This document shows, piece after piece, positions 8,411 through 16,981 of a DNA stretch of 46,053 bases. Numbering within the stretch: the first letter of the stretch is position 1; every line of letters begins with the position of its first letter. The position numbers and the translations under genes are program-made. Below the pieces are notes generated by a model. The model saw only the letters and a program-made list of their open reading frames with translations. It did no database searches and had not been told where the DNA came from. The DNA is from Pseudomonadota bacterium (GTDB lineage Bacteria; Bdellovibrionota_C; UBA2361; OMII01), in the NCBI GenBank assembly GCA_900299055.1, contig OMII01000059.1, forward strand, positions 1 through 46,053, in the 5' to 3' direction.

Positions 8411-9001
8411 ATGCTTCCAGCGTCTGTCGTACTTTTTGGAGCCTTAGCGGTCATGAAATACGTAAAGCACGCTGTATGTGTACTTGTTCTCGTTCTGATA
8501 ATGACTTCTTCGGAAGTTTTCGCGGCAACAAATCCGTGTTACGTGGCTCAGTCAAATGCAACGCGTGCCCAGCGTAATCTCGATTACGCGAGCCAGCAGT
8601 TGCTGAGAACACAAGATGCGTATTACGACGCACAGAATCGAGTGAGCTATCAACAGTCGCTCTATCAGGGTTACGTAGATCAGGCATACGCTAATGTGCA
8701 GGCTAGCCGCACGATCAATACCGGTTATGCTGGAGCTTGCGTGGTAAATTTTTTCTTCTTTCGACGTTCGTACGGATGTTTCTCTGGTGCGATATCTTCT
8801 TCTGCGGCTCGCCAGGCGAGCGCCAACTCGCAATATAACGCAGCGGTGGGCAGACGTAATGCGTACATTGTGTACGCGCAGGGCTACATCCGGCGTGCCG
8901 CTGACAGAGTGAATTACGCGCAGACACAAGTAAACAACTTCACCATCGCCAATGATCAGGCGCAGGTGCAATATCAGCAGTGTCTTAGTTCTAACGCCTA
9001 A
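8411..9001 (+). CDS. Secreted Q/Y/N/A-rich protein with two Cys-bracketed repeats (hypothetical)
   Basis: The likely true start is the ATG at 8453, giving MKYVKHAVCVLVLVLIMTSSEVFA|ATNP, a classic signal peptide. The mature part has four Cys that delimit segments of 68 and 69 aa, joined by VVNFFFFRRSYG. I recognise no family. Confidence 0.55.
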   Translation: MLPASVVLFGALAVMKYVKHAVCVLVLVLIMTSSEVFAATNPCYVAQSNATRAQRNLDYASQQLLRTQDAYYDAQNRVSYQQSLYQGYVDQAYANVQASRTINTGYAGACVVNFFFFRRSYGCFSGAISSSAARQASANSQYNAAVGRRNAYIVYAQGYIRRAADRVNYAQTQVNNFTIANDQAQVQYQQCLSSNA

Positions 9002-9010
9002 GGTTCTCCA

Positions 9011-10195
9011 CTACAGTCCCAGAGCGCTGGCTGCTTGATTGTACAGGTACAGCAAGCTCTCAATAGGGAGCTCCGCTCCGCGCAAGGTCGGAGCGTCTAG
9101 TTTATTTCGATTTGGATCTACCAAGCAAAGGTCAGGATCGGCGATGGGGGATTCTCCTTCGTAGTTACGCTCTAACAGGGTGCGGAGAGCCCAGTATCGT
9201 GATGCGTAGAGATCGTAAGCCTCGTGCTCGCTTCCAGCTTTGGATTCCATTTCGGTGGCACTTTGTTCCCCAGAGAGATGGGCTTCGCTGGTGACGATGT
9301 CTGAGCCGAAGAGAACGCGGCCTCTCCATCTCTCAAAGAAGTCTCTTAGTTCAAGCGGTGTATGTTTGCTTAGCTCACGAACGATCCATTTAGTAGCGCT
9401 ACAATCGAGGTAGAGATTTTGATGACGGCTGAGGAGTTTAGATAGGAACGGAAGATCTTCAGGGTAACCTCCCATGTGAGCGGCTATCCAGGGATTGGGA
9501 AAAAGGTCGAGCACTTCTTCGAGCGTTTCATATTGCTCGCATTTCGTACCGTATTTAGTTGAGTCGGAGTATTTTGTTTGGAACCACGTGTCGGGGTCTC
9601 CGATGTGCACCATAAACATCATCCCTAGGTCCGCCGCCGCGCGCATCGCCTCTTTACGCAGCGCAGAGTTGAGTCGAAGCCGGCTTGAAGCAAACGGCTC
9701 AGAAGTAACTTCGTATATTCGCGGCGCGTTCCAAAACTTAGCTATTCGAGTTCCCGCTCTTTTGAATGCCTGCAGATCTCGGATAAACCCCGGGCCGAAG
9801 GCCTGAAGTCTGTCGTTGTTACTGAAGTTTGGAATGGCAATGAATCGTACGCTGTCTCCGAGGATGTTCTGGACTGCTGGGATCTCGCTGAGGCTCGTCA
9901 TGGAGTATGTTCGAACGATGCCGTAGTGTTGAGCTGCCTGCGCGTATATCCTCGCCGCCCTCTCTCCGTGAATGTGTGAGTGAACATCGATAATACCGTC
10001 TTGTATCGGTGGAAAGGACTGACTCTCGAGGGCGTAGCGTAGGTTAAGGCGATTTGCGGGTTTCATAGGGGCCACCTGGTAGTATGCCAAAAACTGCAGT
10101 AGGGCGTCATTCCATATAGTGTGGAACGCCCAATCTAGCGATCGAACTCCGTTTTTCGGTAAAATAAGCGGAAGTTCTTGGTTAGCCAAGATCAT
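9011..10195 (-). CDS. Metal-dependent amidohydrolase (TIM-barrel, Amidohydro_2-like)
   Basis: 394 aa. It has IDVHSHIHG (HxH metal motif), then FMVHIGD, AAHMGG, LYLDCSA and VLFGSD, which is the typical strand-end pattern of amidohydrolase-superfamily enzymes. Confidence 0.7.
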   Translation of the reverse strand: MILANQELPLILPKNGVRSLDWAFHTIWNDALLQFLAYYQVAPMKPANRLNLRYALESQSFPPIQDGIIDVHSHIHGERAARIYAQAAQHYGIVRTYSMTSLSEIPAVQNILGDSVRFIAIPNFSNNDRLQAFGPGFIRDLQAFKRAGTRIAKFWNAPRIYEVTSEPFASSRLRLNSALRKEAMRAAADLGMMFMVHIGDPDTWFQTKYSDSTKYGTKCEQYETLEEVLDLFPNPWIAAHMGGYPEDLPFLSKLLSRHQNLYLDCSATKWIVRELSKHTPLELRDFFERWRGRVLFGSDIVTSEAHLSGEQSATEMESKAGSEHEAYDLYASRYWALRTLLERNYEGESPIADPDLCLVDPNRNKLDAPTLRGAELPIESLLYLYNQAASALGL

Positions 10196-10281
10196 AGGGG
10201 GTTGCTCCCGAAAAAGGGGGAGCCGGGTAGTTCTAAACTGGGTTATACTTTCCCAATGTCAATTGAACAGCAGGTGCGGAC

Positions 10282-11778
10282 ATGAAGCGACTCGACGTGG
10301 GACCTTCCCTCACATGGCCGACCGAGGCACTGCGAGCGAGGAGCTTAATAGGTGGTGAGTGGGTCTCTGGCTCTGCTAACACCACGACCGTAACTAGCCC
10401 GTACAACGGGCAATCCCTGGGAGAGCTCCACCACGCATCGTCGTCGGATGTAAGCCGAGCGGTAGAAAGCGCAGCCAGCGTATCGAAGGAGTGGCGGCTG
10501 GTTCCTATAAAGGAGCGAGCGTCGCTGCTTCTCGAATTTCGGAATCTTCTCGCGCGGGACATCGATCGCCTAAGCGTGAGCGCTGCCTTAGAGTCTGGAA
10601 AGACGTTCTCAGAAGCAAAAGCGGAGGTCCTAAAGGCGATAGAAGTCGTCGAGTTTGCCTCAAGTCTAGAAAATAGTGACCTTGGTGGAGCGATCGAAGT
10701 TAGCCGCGGAGTTTCGTGTGAATATCGGAGGGAGCCTCTTGGAGTAGTTGCAGGTATCACGCCATTCAATTTTCCGGCAATGGTCCCGATGTGGATGATA
10801 CCAATCGCACTAGCTCTGGGTAACGCGTTTATCCTAAAGCCCTCGGATAAAGTTCCACTGACCCCATGTATACTAGCCGAGCTTATTGCAGCGGCTGGGT
10901 TTCCTGCTGGAGTCTTTTCGATACTTCAGGGGGGACGCTCAGTCGTAGAGCAGTTAGTTGTAGATCCTCGAGTGCAAGCGGTCGGGTTTGTGGGCTCAAG
11001 TGCAGTCGCTCAGGCGGTATATGCGCAAGCTACATCGACGGGAAAGAGAGCTCTTTGTTTGGGAGGTGCTAAAAATCATCTAATTGTCGCTCCAGACGCG
11101 GACCCTGCAATCACCGTGGACGGCATTGTCGCGTCCTTTACCGGCTGTGCCGGTCAACGATGTATGGCGGCCAGTGTGCTCGTGGCGGTAGGCAATGTTG
11201 ATCACATTATAGACGCGGTCGTTGAGCGGGCATCTCAGATACTGCTTGGGAGAGACATGGGGGCACTTATCGACGCAGCGGCGGTTTCGCGTTTGTCAAA
11301 GGCCGTCGCGACAGCAGCGCGTGAAGGAGCGACCATTCGGCTTGATGGTAGGAATGTGGTTCCACCTACCGGCAGTGAGAAAGGAAACTGGTTTGGCCCG
11401 TCTATAATCGATAACGTGCGGCCTTCGATGGAGTGCTCCTGTGTGGAGTTGTTTGGGCCAGTTTTATCTATTGTACGAGTTCGTACTATTGACGACGCGC
11501 TTAAGCTGGAGCGTGAGAGTGCATACGGCAATGCTCTCTCAATTTTCACGACGAGTGGCTCGGTCGCTCGGCACGTAGCGGACCGTGCCACCTCCGGTAT
11601 GATCGGGATTAATGTTGGCGTTCCTGTTCCTCGCGAGCCCTTCTCGTTTGGAGGAACAAAGGACTCTAAGTTTGGTGTTGGAGATATAACGGGTTGGGGT
11701 GGAGTGGAGCTATGGTCGACTCGCAAAAAGATCACCACCAAGTGGTCGACCCAGAGCGATAAAAATTGGATGTCCTGA
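10282..11778 (+). CDS. mmsA: CoA-acylating (methyl)malonate-semialdehyde dehydrogenase
   Basis: 498 aa aldehyde dehydrogenase. It has FNFPAMVPMWMIPIALALGNAFILKPS and the catalytic-Cys context FTGCAGQRCMAASVLV, which is characteristic of the MMSDH subfamily. Confidence 0.85.
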   Translation: MKRLDVGPSLTWPTEALRARSLIGGEWVSGSANTTTVTSPYNGQSLGELHHASSSDVSRAVESAASVSKEWRLVPIKERASLLLEFRNLLARDIDRLSVSAALESGKTFSEAKAEVLKAIEVVEFASSLENSDLGGAIEVSRGVSCEYRREPLGVVAGITPFNFPAMVPMWMIPIALALGNAFILKPSDKVPLTPCILAELIAAAGFPAGVFSILQGGRSVVEQLVVDPRVQAVGFVGSSAVAQAVYAQATSTGKRALCLGGAKNHLIVAPDADPAITVDGIVASFTGCAGQRCMAASVLVAVGNVDHIIDAVVERASQILLGRDMGALIDAAAVSRLSKAVATAAREGATIRLDGRNVVPPTGSEKGNWFGPSIIDNVRPSMECSCVELFGPVLSIVRVRTIDDALKLERESAYGNALSIFTTSGSVARHVADRATSGMIGINVGVPVPREPFSFGGTKDSKFGVGDITGWGGVELWSTRKKITTKWSTQSDKNWMS

Positions 11779-11797
11779 GAGAATTTCGAGGAAGTGC

Positions 11798-13057
11798 ATG
11801 ACTGAGAAGAAGAGAGCAGTAAAGCCGATAGTACTAACATCACACCCATCGGCGCGAACGCCGGTCTCCTATCCGATTCAGTGGGGAGAGCGCGATCCTA
11901 AACGTAGAGGGCCAATTATCGGAACGCTCACCACACCGGAGCACCGCAATTGCATGGGCACTCACTCTGGAGCTTATTCGGTATATCGTGCGTTGGCAGT
12001 GGCCGCAGGCAGTCTTGATCCGCTTCATGTGCCGGATTTAACTAACACTGCGCCAGTAGATCGAATCGGCCCTTTTGATAGCTGGTACGAGCCTAAGCGA
12101 ATCGTATCGATGGATCCGTGGGGGGCTGATGTGGGAGAAGTCTTCCGCGATGAGATTAAGGCAGGTGTAAACATTCAGCCTACCATCGCTATAACTCGAG
12201 CTCATATCACGATGCCTGAGATTGTCGAGGAAGTACGACGCGGAGGTATTTCAGTTGATGGAGAGATAGTTGGTGCTAACGGAGACTGTAAGGTCACAAA
12301 AGCAGCCATAGAGCCAGTGTGGTTTCTTCCGGCGGTCGCTGAGCGGTTTGGCATCGCAGAGTCCGAGCTCAGGCGCGCACTGTTTGAGCATACGGGCGGT
12401 ATGTTTCCTGAGCTCATTACACGGTCAGATCTGCATGTGCTTCTGCCCCCAATCGGAGGACAGACTGTCTATTTCTTTGGAGAGGTAGCTTCGATTCCAG
12501 ACCTTACCAAGGAACTGACAATACGAATTCATGACGAATGCAACGGATCTGATGTGTTTGGGTCTGATATTTGCACCTGTCGACCATATTTGATTCACGG
12601 CATCGAGGAGTGTGTTAAAACGGCGCAGAGAGGTGGTTGCGGAGTCATTGTATATAATCGCAAAGAGGGGCGAGCGCTCGGAGAAGTGACGAAGTTTCTT
12701 GTCTACAACGCGCGTAAACGCCAAGAGGGAGGTGATAGAGCTGATATGTATTTTCACCGCACCGAGTGTATCGCAGGCGTGCAAGATATGCGTTTTCAAG
12801 AGCTCATGCCGGACGTGCTTCATTGGATGGGGATCAAGCGAATAGACCGCCTCGTGTCGATGAGTGACATGAAGTATAACGCGATCACGCGCTCTGGTAT
12901 TGAGGTTGTAGAGCGTGTTTCGATACCGGACGATCGTATCCCAGCGGATGCTCGTGTGGAAATGGATGCTAAGAAGGCAGCCGGATACTTTGCTGAGCAC
13001 GGGGCCCCTACTGAAGAAGATTTGAAGAAAACAAAAGGACGAGGACTTCTTGAGTAA
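11798..13057 (+). CDS. GTP cyclohydrolase II-like protein of the URC1 type
   Basis: I trimmed the start to the ATG at 11798, because the track ORF start at 11699 overlaps mmsA. 419 aa. It has IRIHDECNGSDVFGSDICTCRPYL (a GCH-II zinc motif variant) and a long N-terminal extension, the architecture I recall for yeast URC1 and its bacterial homologs. Confidence 0.75.
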   Translation: MTEKKRAVKPIVLTSHPSARTPVSYPIQWGERDPKRRGPIIGTLTTPEHRNCMGTHSGAYSVYRALAVAAGSLDPLHVPDLTNTAPVDRIGPFDSWYEPKRIVSMDPWGADVGEVFRDEIKAGVNIQPTIAITRAHITMPEIVEEVRRGGISVDGEIVGANGDCKVTKAAIEPVWFLPAVAERFGIAESELRRALFEHTGGMFPELITRSDLHVLLPPIGGQTVYFFGEVASIPDLTKELTIRIHDECNGSDVFGSDICTCRPYLIHGIEECVKTAQRGGCGVIVYNRKEGRALGEVTKFLVYNARKRQEGGDRADMYFHRTECIAGVQDMRFQELMPDVLHWMGIKRIDRLVSMSDMKYNAITRSGIEVVERVSIPDDRIPADARVEMDAKKAAGYFAEHGAPTEEDLKKTKGRGLLE

Positions 13058-13138
13058 GAAGTACTTACCATTCTCTGTGAGGACGCCAATCTTCACAGAA
13101 CCTAGGATAGTGTGCGTAAGGCAAGGGACGTATCGTAT

Positions 13139-13771
13139 ATGAAAAATCCGCAAGTAACAGTTATTTCGCATCCTCTTGTACAACATAAGCTGACTCTGAT
13201 GAGGATGGAGACGACACAAACCTCGGACTTTCGGCGACTTCTTCGAGAGGTGAGTATGCTTTTAGCCTACTAAGTAACGAGAGACCTCCCAGTCGTTATG
13301 ACCGAGATAAAGACGCCAATTCAAATGATGAAGGCGCCTATGATCGAGAAGAAAATTACACTCGTTTCGATTCTCAGGGCAGGGAATGGAATATTAGAGG
13401 GAATGCTAGAGTTGCTGCCATCGGCTCGGGTTGGTCATATCGGGTTGTACCGGGATCCACAGACCCTAACTCCAGTGGAATACTACTTCAAGATGCCGCC
13501 AGATATGTCACAGCGTGATGTGATCGTTGTGGATCCGATGCTGGCCACGGGGAACTCGGCGGCGGCAGCGCTTAGTCGTTTGAAGACTCAGAAGCCCCTA
13601 TCTCTCAAATTTGTCTGCTTAATCGCCTGCCCGGAGGGTGTGGAATTGCTCACCTCTGAGCATCCTGACGTGCCAATTTACACAGGAGCGATCGATGAGA
13701 GGCTTAATGAACATGGATACATAGTGCCAGGATTAGGGGACGCTGGAGATCGCATCTACGGCACCGTTTAA
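13139..13771 (+). pseudogene. upp: Uracil phosphoribosyltransferase interrupted by one in-frame TAA (13271-13273)
   Basis: The ATG at 13139 gives [44 protein letters not shown], then TAA. The same frame continues [13 protein letters not shown]...[10 protein letters not shown]...[17 protein letters not shown]. The whole 210-codon frame is colinear with E. coli Upp, and the stop sits where Upp has Glu (LLTY-E-ATADL). Confidence 0.85.
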
Positions 13772-13786
13772 TTCGGGTTTAGGAGT

Positions 13787-15520
13787 CTATAAGAGACATC
13801 GTTGTAAGGCTCGAGCACCGATTGATATCGACACTCTACCGACGGTGATGTTGATAATTGAAAGCACAGTTACTCCGGATGCTAAAAGCATTAGTGCCGC
13901 CATGTCATCACGGAATACAGATGGTAAAAGGTAGTACGCTCCAAACATAAGCGTCACAGGGACCATATTAATTGCCAGCAGTAAAACGCCCGTGGCCATA
14001 TACGCTAAGTTGCCGGTGTTGGTAGCTAGCTGGCCCGCGTGTTCCCAGTCAAATCGAGCAAATCGAGCCCCAAATCCGAGCCCAAGCGTGACAATTCCGT
14101 GTGATATGATGATACCGCTAACGGCAGATGCGATAATAACGCGGGGCTCTACTCCCATAGCGCATCCTCCAGCGGAGAATATTGCGAGAGAAACGATCAC
14201 GATAAGGGAGAACCAGCTTGTGTACTTTGCTCGAAGGATATCTCGAGGAGAAATCGGGGCGGATTGAATAACCCACAGGGAGTTTCCCTCAAGCGAGACT
14301 GACGGAAATACGAATCGAGACGAGATAGACAGAATAACCATCAAACCGAGAAGCACATTCAGTGCCGTCATAAGAACGTCCCACAACTGTAAAATTTCAA
14401 CCCCGACTCGCGTGGGGGGACTGATGTGGCTGAAGTTGTACGAGTAGAGGGCGCAAATCGTCAGAAGCATCACAAGTTGAAGAGTTTGAGTTAGCTCGCG
14501 AGAAAACGCGAAGATCTCCTTTGTAATGAGCGCTCGAGTCCCTCGTCGAGTCATCGCAAAGAGAACCCTGGCAACAGACCGCCCAAGACGACTATCGAGC
14601 TGTAGTGGCGAGCTAGAGACCTGTAGTTTTGTATGGGTTCTACGAAAGAGCTTCTTAAAAAATACTACAGTGATGACCCACGCTAAAGTGGTTATCCCAG
14701 CGCACGCCCCGATTGCCCATGTGGTGGGTGCAAGATTGCCTTGGGCGAGAGTTTCGATTGAGCGCGCTATCGAAGAAGTCGCTAGTAAGTACCATGGGGA
14801 TCCCGAGGAGAGGAGGGCAAGTACTGATGAGCTCTGAGTTGCTGAAGGCAGCAGGAGTTTAGCTCCATTGTTGATGATAGCGAAAAATAGGCCGATAGAG
14901 ACCGCGAATAAGAGGGCAAAAGCGTGCCTTCCTCCTCTGGCGGGAAGTAGAGAAGAGAAAAGAATAGCCGCTGTTGTACCAAATAAAACAGCGGGGGCCA
15001 AAAAAGCAAAAACAAGTATCGGAGAAATCACATAGTAGAGGACGTCCGCTGAAAGAGCTTCTCCAAAGCTGAGATAAAGAGGAATGCCAAATACAAATAG
15101 CATCCAAAAGAGAGAGAGAGTTATTTCCGCTACTTTGGTTAAGACGAGAGCTTCCTCAGACACTGGGCTCGCGAGGAGGAAATCAATGTCTTTAGAGGCA
15201 TAGAGAGCGCTCATGGCACTCACGCTAGCGGAGAGGAGTGTCATGATGAACATCGCGGCTAAGAGTGCAGCGATGATAGGTGAATAGGTTAGGTGGAAGT
15301 GTGAGAGCGGCTGAGATAGCTCTCTGAGCATCGTGGTGCAGCATGCGTACAGCCCGACTGTCATCATTACAGTTAGTAGTGCCGAGAAAAGCTCTTTACG
15401 AGGCAACCCATAGCGCGAACTCCATCGATTTTTTATTGAAAGGACGGGTGGTGTAAGAAGAGTAATAGCGGCCCGTGCGCGAAATTGCGATTGGTCGTTT
15501 TTAGACGTTTCGACTTCCAT
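13787..15520 (-). CDS. Large polytopic ABC-exporter permease (putative)
   Basis: 577 aa with many hydrophobic helices. It starts 6 nt downstream of the ABC ATPase gene on the same strand. I recognise no substrate-specific motif. Confidence 0.6.
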   Translation of the reverse strand: MEVETSKNDQSQFRARAAITLLTPPVLSIKNRWSSRYGLPRKELFSALLTVMMTVGLYACCTTMLRELSQPLSHFHLTYSPIIAALLAAMFIMTLLSASVSAMSALYASKDIDFLLASPVSEEALVLTKVAEITLSLFWMLFVFGIPLYLSFGEALSADVLYYVISPILVFAFLAPAVLFGTTAAILFSSLLPARGGRHAFALLFAVSIGLFFAIINNGAKLLLPSATQSSSVLALLSSGSPWYLLATSSIARSIETLAQGNLAPTTWAIGACAGITTLAWVITVVFFKKLFRRTHTKLQVSSSPLQLDSRLGRSVARVLFAMTRRGTRALITKEIFAFSRELTQTLQLVMLLTICALYSYNFSHISPPTRVGVEILQLWDVLMTALNVLLGLMVILSISSRFVFPSVSLEGNSLWVIQSAPISPRDILRAKYTSWFSLIVIVSLAIFSAGGCAMGVEPRVIIASAVSGIIISHGIVTLGLGFGARFARFDWEHAGQLATNTGNLAYMATGVLLLAINMVPVTLMFGAYYLLPSVFRDDMAALMLLASGVTVLSIINITVGRVSISIGARALQRCLL

Positions 15521-15526
15521 ACGTAC

Positions 15527-16261
15527 CTAGTGTTCAAACCGAGGAGTCGTAAGCTCGAGGAACATACCCTCAAGGTCCTCACTTGGCCGACCCGATATTT
15601 CGCGAATCTCGTCTAACGTTCCACTGGTGAGAATAGATCCTTTGTGGATGATAGCGAGATGATCGGCCAGTTCTTCGGCCACATCGAGTGAGTGTGTAGA
15701 CAAGAATACAGTGACACCACTCTTGGCATAGCGTTTGAGCGATTCCTTAAAATCATGAGCGCCATGCGGGTCAAGCCCAACCATAGGCTCGTCCACGACG
15801 AGTATCTGCGGTTGATGCACCATCGCGGCGCACATCGCGATTCTTTGCCGCATGCCATGAGAGTAGCTCTCAACGAGAGCGTCTTGCCATGGTCGCATGG
15901 AGTATTCGTCGAGCACTCGATCGATATTATGATCGATTCGAGACGCGGGTACTCGATAGAGGTCACAAATGAAGTATAAGAACTCTCGCCCTGTGAGTTT
16001 CGGGTAGATGTGTGGGCGATCCGGAACGTATCCAATGATCGCCTTTGCCTCGAGTGGGCTGCGGAAAAGGTCAAAGCCACCGACCGTTATGCTGCCCGAT
16101 GTCGGCTGGGTAATTCCTGTCATCATGCGGATGGTAGTAGTCTTGCCGGCCCCGTTGATACCGAGAAACGCAAAGATGCTCCCAGCTGGAACGCTGAGCG
16201 AGATGTTGTCCACCGCGAGAAAAGACCCAAAACGCTTTGATACTTGGGTTAGTTTGATCAT
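15527..16261 (-). CDS. ABC transporter ATP-binding protein (ABC-2/CcmA-like)
   Basis: 244 aa. It has Walker A GINGAGKTT, the signature region YSHGMRQR and Walker B ILVVDEP. Confidence 0.9.
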   Translation of the reverse strand: MIKLTQVSKRFGSFLAVDNISLSVPAGSIFAFLGINGAGKTTTIRMMTGITQPTSGSITVGGFDLFRSPLEAKAIIGYVPDRPHIYPKLTGREFLYFICDLYRVPASRIDHNIDRVLDEYSMRPWQDALVESYSHGMRQRIAMCAAMVHQPQILVVDEPMVGLDPHGAHDFKESLKRYAKSGVTVFLSTHSLDVAEELADHLAIIHKGSILTSGTLDEIREISGRPSEDLEGMFLELTTPRFEH

Positions 16262-16453
16262 GTTCTGACTGCTGGTGCTCGATTGCTCATTAGGCAGGAT
16301 TGGCGCTTCCCTTACGTAAGATGCTCGCTGAGGCGGTATGTATTCCGGATGAGTGGCGTCACAAGAGGTTGAAAACGCCTAGAATAATCAGCTACTTGTG
16401 CTAGTATTGTATGGGCAGGAGCGGCTAACTCCCTGTGCTCAAAAGGAAGCTGG

Positions 16454-16981
16454 ATGGAACGAGAAATCAGACTTGTGTTCATGGGGGTGTGCGGATGTGG
16501 AAAAACCACCCTGGCACGGAGAGTGGCGGCCTACCTAGGGTGCGGCGACATTATCGAAGCTGATGAATTTCACACCCCTGAGATGAAAAAAAAGATGGCG
16601 TCGGGCGTACCGCTTACCGACGAGGATCGTTGGCCCTGGCTAGAGCGACTTAATGAGGCGATGAGGCAGGTACGCCGACCATGGACAGTGGTAACGTGCT
16701 CAGCGCTACGAAAAGTGTACCGAGAAAAGCTGGCGTGTGGCCTCACTGAGTCAGTCATATTTATTCTTTTACGTGCCCCAAAGGAACTGATTAGAGAGCG
16801 AATGCTCCAGCGACAGCACGAGTATATGCCGGTCTCGCTCCTGGAAAGTCAGTTCGCGACCTTGGAGGCTCCTAGCCCCGATGAGTCTGTGATTGAAATC
16901 TCTGTCGAGGGTACAGAGGAGGAAAGCTTCAAGCTGCTTACGCGGGAGATTGAGCGGTTGTCGTGTCCGAGCGCTTTGTAG
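16454..16981 (+). CDS. gntK: Gluconokinase
   Basis: 175 aa. It has the P-loop FMGVCGCGKTT, then EADEFHTPEMKKKMASGVPLTDEDRWPWL, the gluconate-kinase family pattern. Confidence 0.8.
   Translation: MEREIRLVFMGVCGCGKTTLARRVAAYLGCGDIIEADEFHTPEMKKKMASGVPLTDEDRWPWLERLNEAMRQVRRPWTVVTCSALRKVYREKLACGLTESVIFILLRAPKELIRERMLQRQHEYMPVSLLESQFATLEAPSPDESVIEISVEGTEEESFKLLTREIERLSCPSAL

Noticed and set aside
11699-11797. Long 5' extensions of track ORFs: 11699 for the URC1-like gene, 17508 for the Rossmann-like gene, 19467 for TerC, 37524 for metK and 44426 for the secreted protein.
   Set aside because: The extensions overlap upstream genes or lack an RBS. In each case an internal ATG has a good Shine-Dalgarno and an N-terminus consistent with the family, so the shorter start was preferred.
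12425-13219. A 264-aa minus-strand ORF spanning the 3' end of the URC1-like gene and the 5' end of upp.
   Set aside because: It is antisense to two genes with strong family signatures, and its translation is low-complexity with no motifs. Other long shadow ORFs opposite or overlapping well-supported genes were rejected for the same reason: 7554-8072, 7622-8035, 8552-8971, 10233-10769, 11235-11849, 15613-16080, 17615-18184, 20667-21308, 30709-31107, 31527-32000, 41746-42144 and 45584-45922.
13271-13273. The idea that the TAA inside upp reflects a reassigned stop codon (alternative genetic code).
   Set aside because: TAA clearly terminates other well-supported genes here, for example the flgJ-like gene at 558-560 and upp itself at 13769-13771. 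Global reassignment is therefore not supported.
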